Position numbers and translations under genes: made by a program. The notes under the pieces are model-generated. The model was not told where the DNA came from. It saw only the letters and a list, made by a program, of their open reading frames with translations, and did no database searches. This document shows positions 63,790 to 64,000 of a stretch of DNA of 64,000 bases, piece after piece. Source of the DNA: Polymyxa betae A26-41 (lineage: Eukaryota > Protista > Endomyxa: Phytomyxea); NCBI GenBank assembly GCA_003693705.1, contig RBZT01000404.1, positions 70,115-134,114 of the forward strand, in the 5' to 3' direction. Within the stretch, counting starts at the first letter, position 1, and every line of letters starts with the position of its first letter.

Positions 63790-64000
63790 CTCATCTCGTC
63801 TCCGACTCTCTATTGCTTCGTTCTCTCGCCTCGCCTCACCTCCGACTCCCCTCCGACCTTCGTCTCCGCTCCGCCTCCGTCTCACCGGCACCGCTCCGTA
63901 CGTCCTTCCTACGCTCCACTACGATCCCCTCACCGCTCCACTCCGACCCTCTCTCCGCTCCACTCCGTGCCCCGCCGCTCCGCCTCCGAGGACTCCCTGA
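63790..64000. repeat. C/T-rich low-complexity tract of (CTCCG)-like units
   Basis: Recurring ctccg/ctccgac/ctccgct units to the end of the window. Confidence 0.8.

Larger units (their letters stand above)
60708..64000 (-). mobile_element. Putative mobile element with a Helitron-type 3' end and a tyrosine recombinase gene; 5' end not located
   Basis: On the minus strand: perfect inverted repeat gaccgctccgctc-a-gagcggagcggtc (60720-60746), an 8-nt spacer, then CTAG|T (60708-60711). Sharp AT-to-GC transition at this point; internal repeats; co-oriented YR gene. Confidence 0.6.

Noticed and set aside
63713-64000. Pro/Arg/Ser-rich ORF at the window end
   Set aside because: Translation of a low-complexity C/T tract.

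Overview
Gene-dense genomic DNA from an intron-rich microbial eukaryote. Most introns are short (roughly 50-65 nt, GT-AG) and the genetic code is standard. The short introns, CCCTAAAA telomere-like motifs and gene set suggest a plasmodiophorid-like protist, but this is inference only. Exon boundaries were reconstructed by eye and are approximate. The window holds about 20 spliced protein genes: a partial secreted VWD protein, a 7TM-RGS, a P4-ATPase, IF1, OCRL/INPP5B, a WD40 protein, a DEAD-box helicase, GlyRS, CHTOP-like, EXO1, a probable MEI1/PRD1, CNOT10, OGFOD1/TPA1, a LisH-C2H2 transcription factor, DNAJC11, an F-box/ankyrin protein, NAT9 and a modular secreted protein. It also has two tRNAs (intron-containing Met-CAT and Pro-TGG). 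Transposon debris includes a copia RT relic, MULE-like relics, an HNH relic, and a decayed LINE (EN-RT-RNaseH-CCHC) interrupted by a 244-bp MITE. The most unusual part is the last 3.3 kb: a Helitron-type 3' terminus (perfect hairpin plus CTAG|T), telomere-like repeats, duplicated blocks and a co-oriented spliced tyrosine-recombinase gene. This may be an undescribed class of mobile element.
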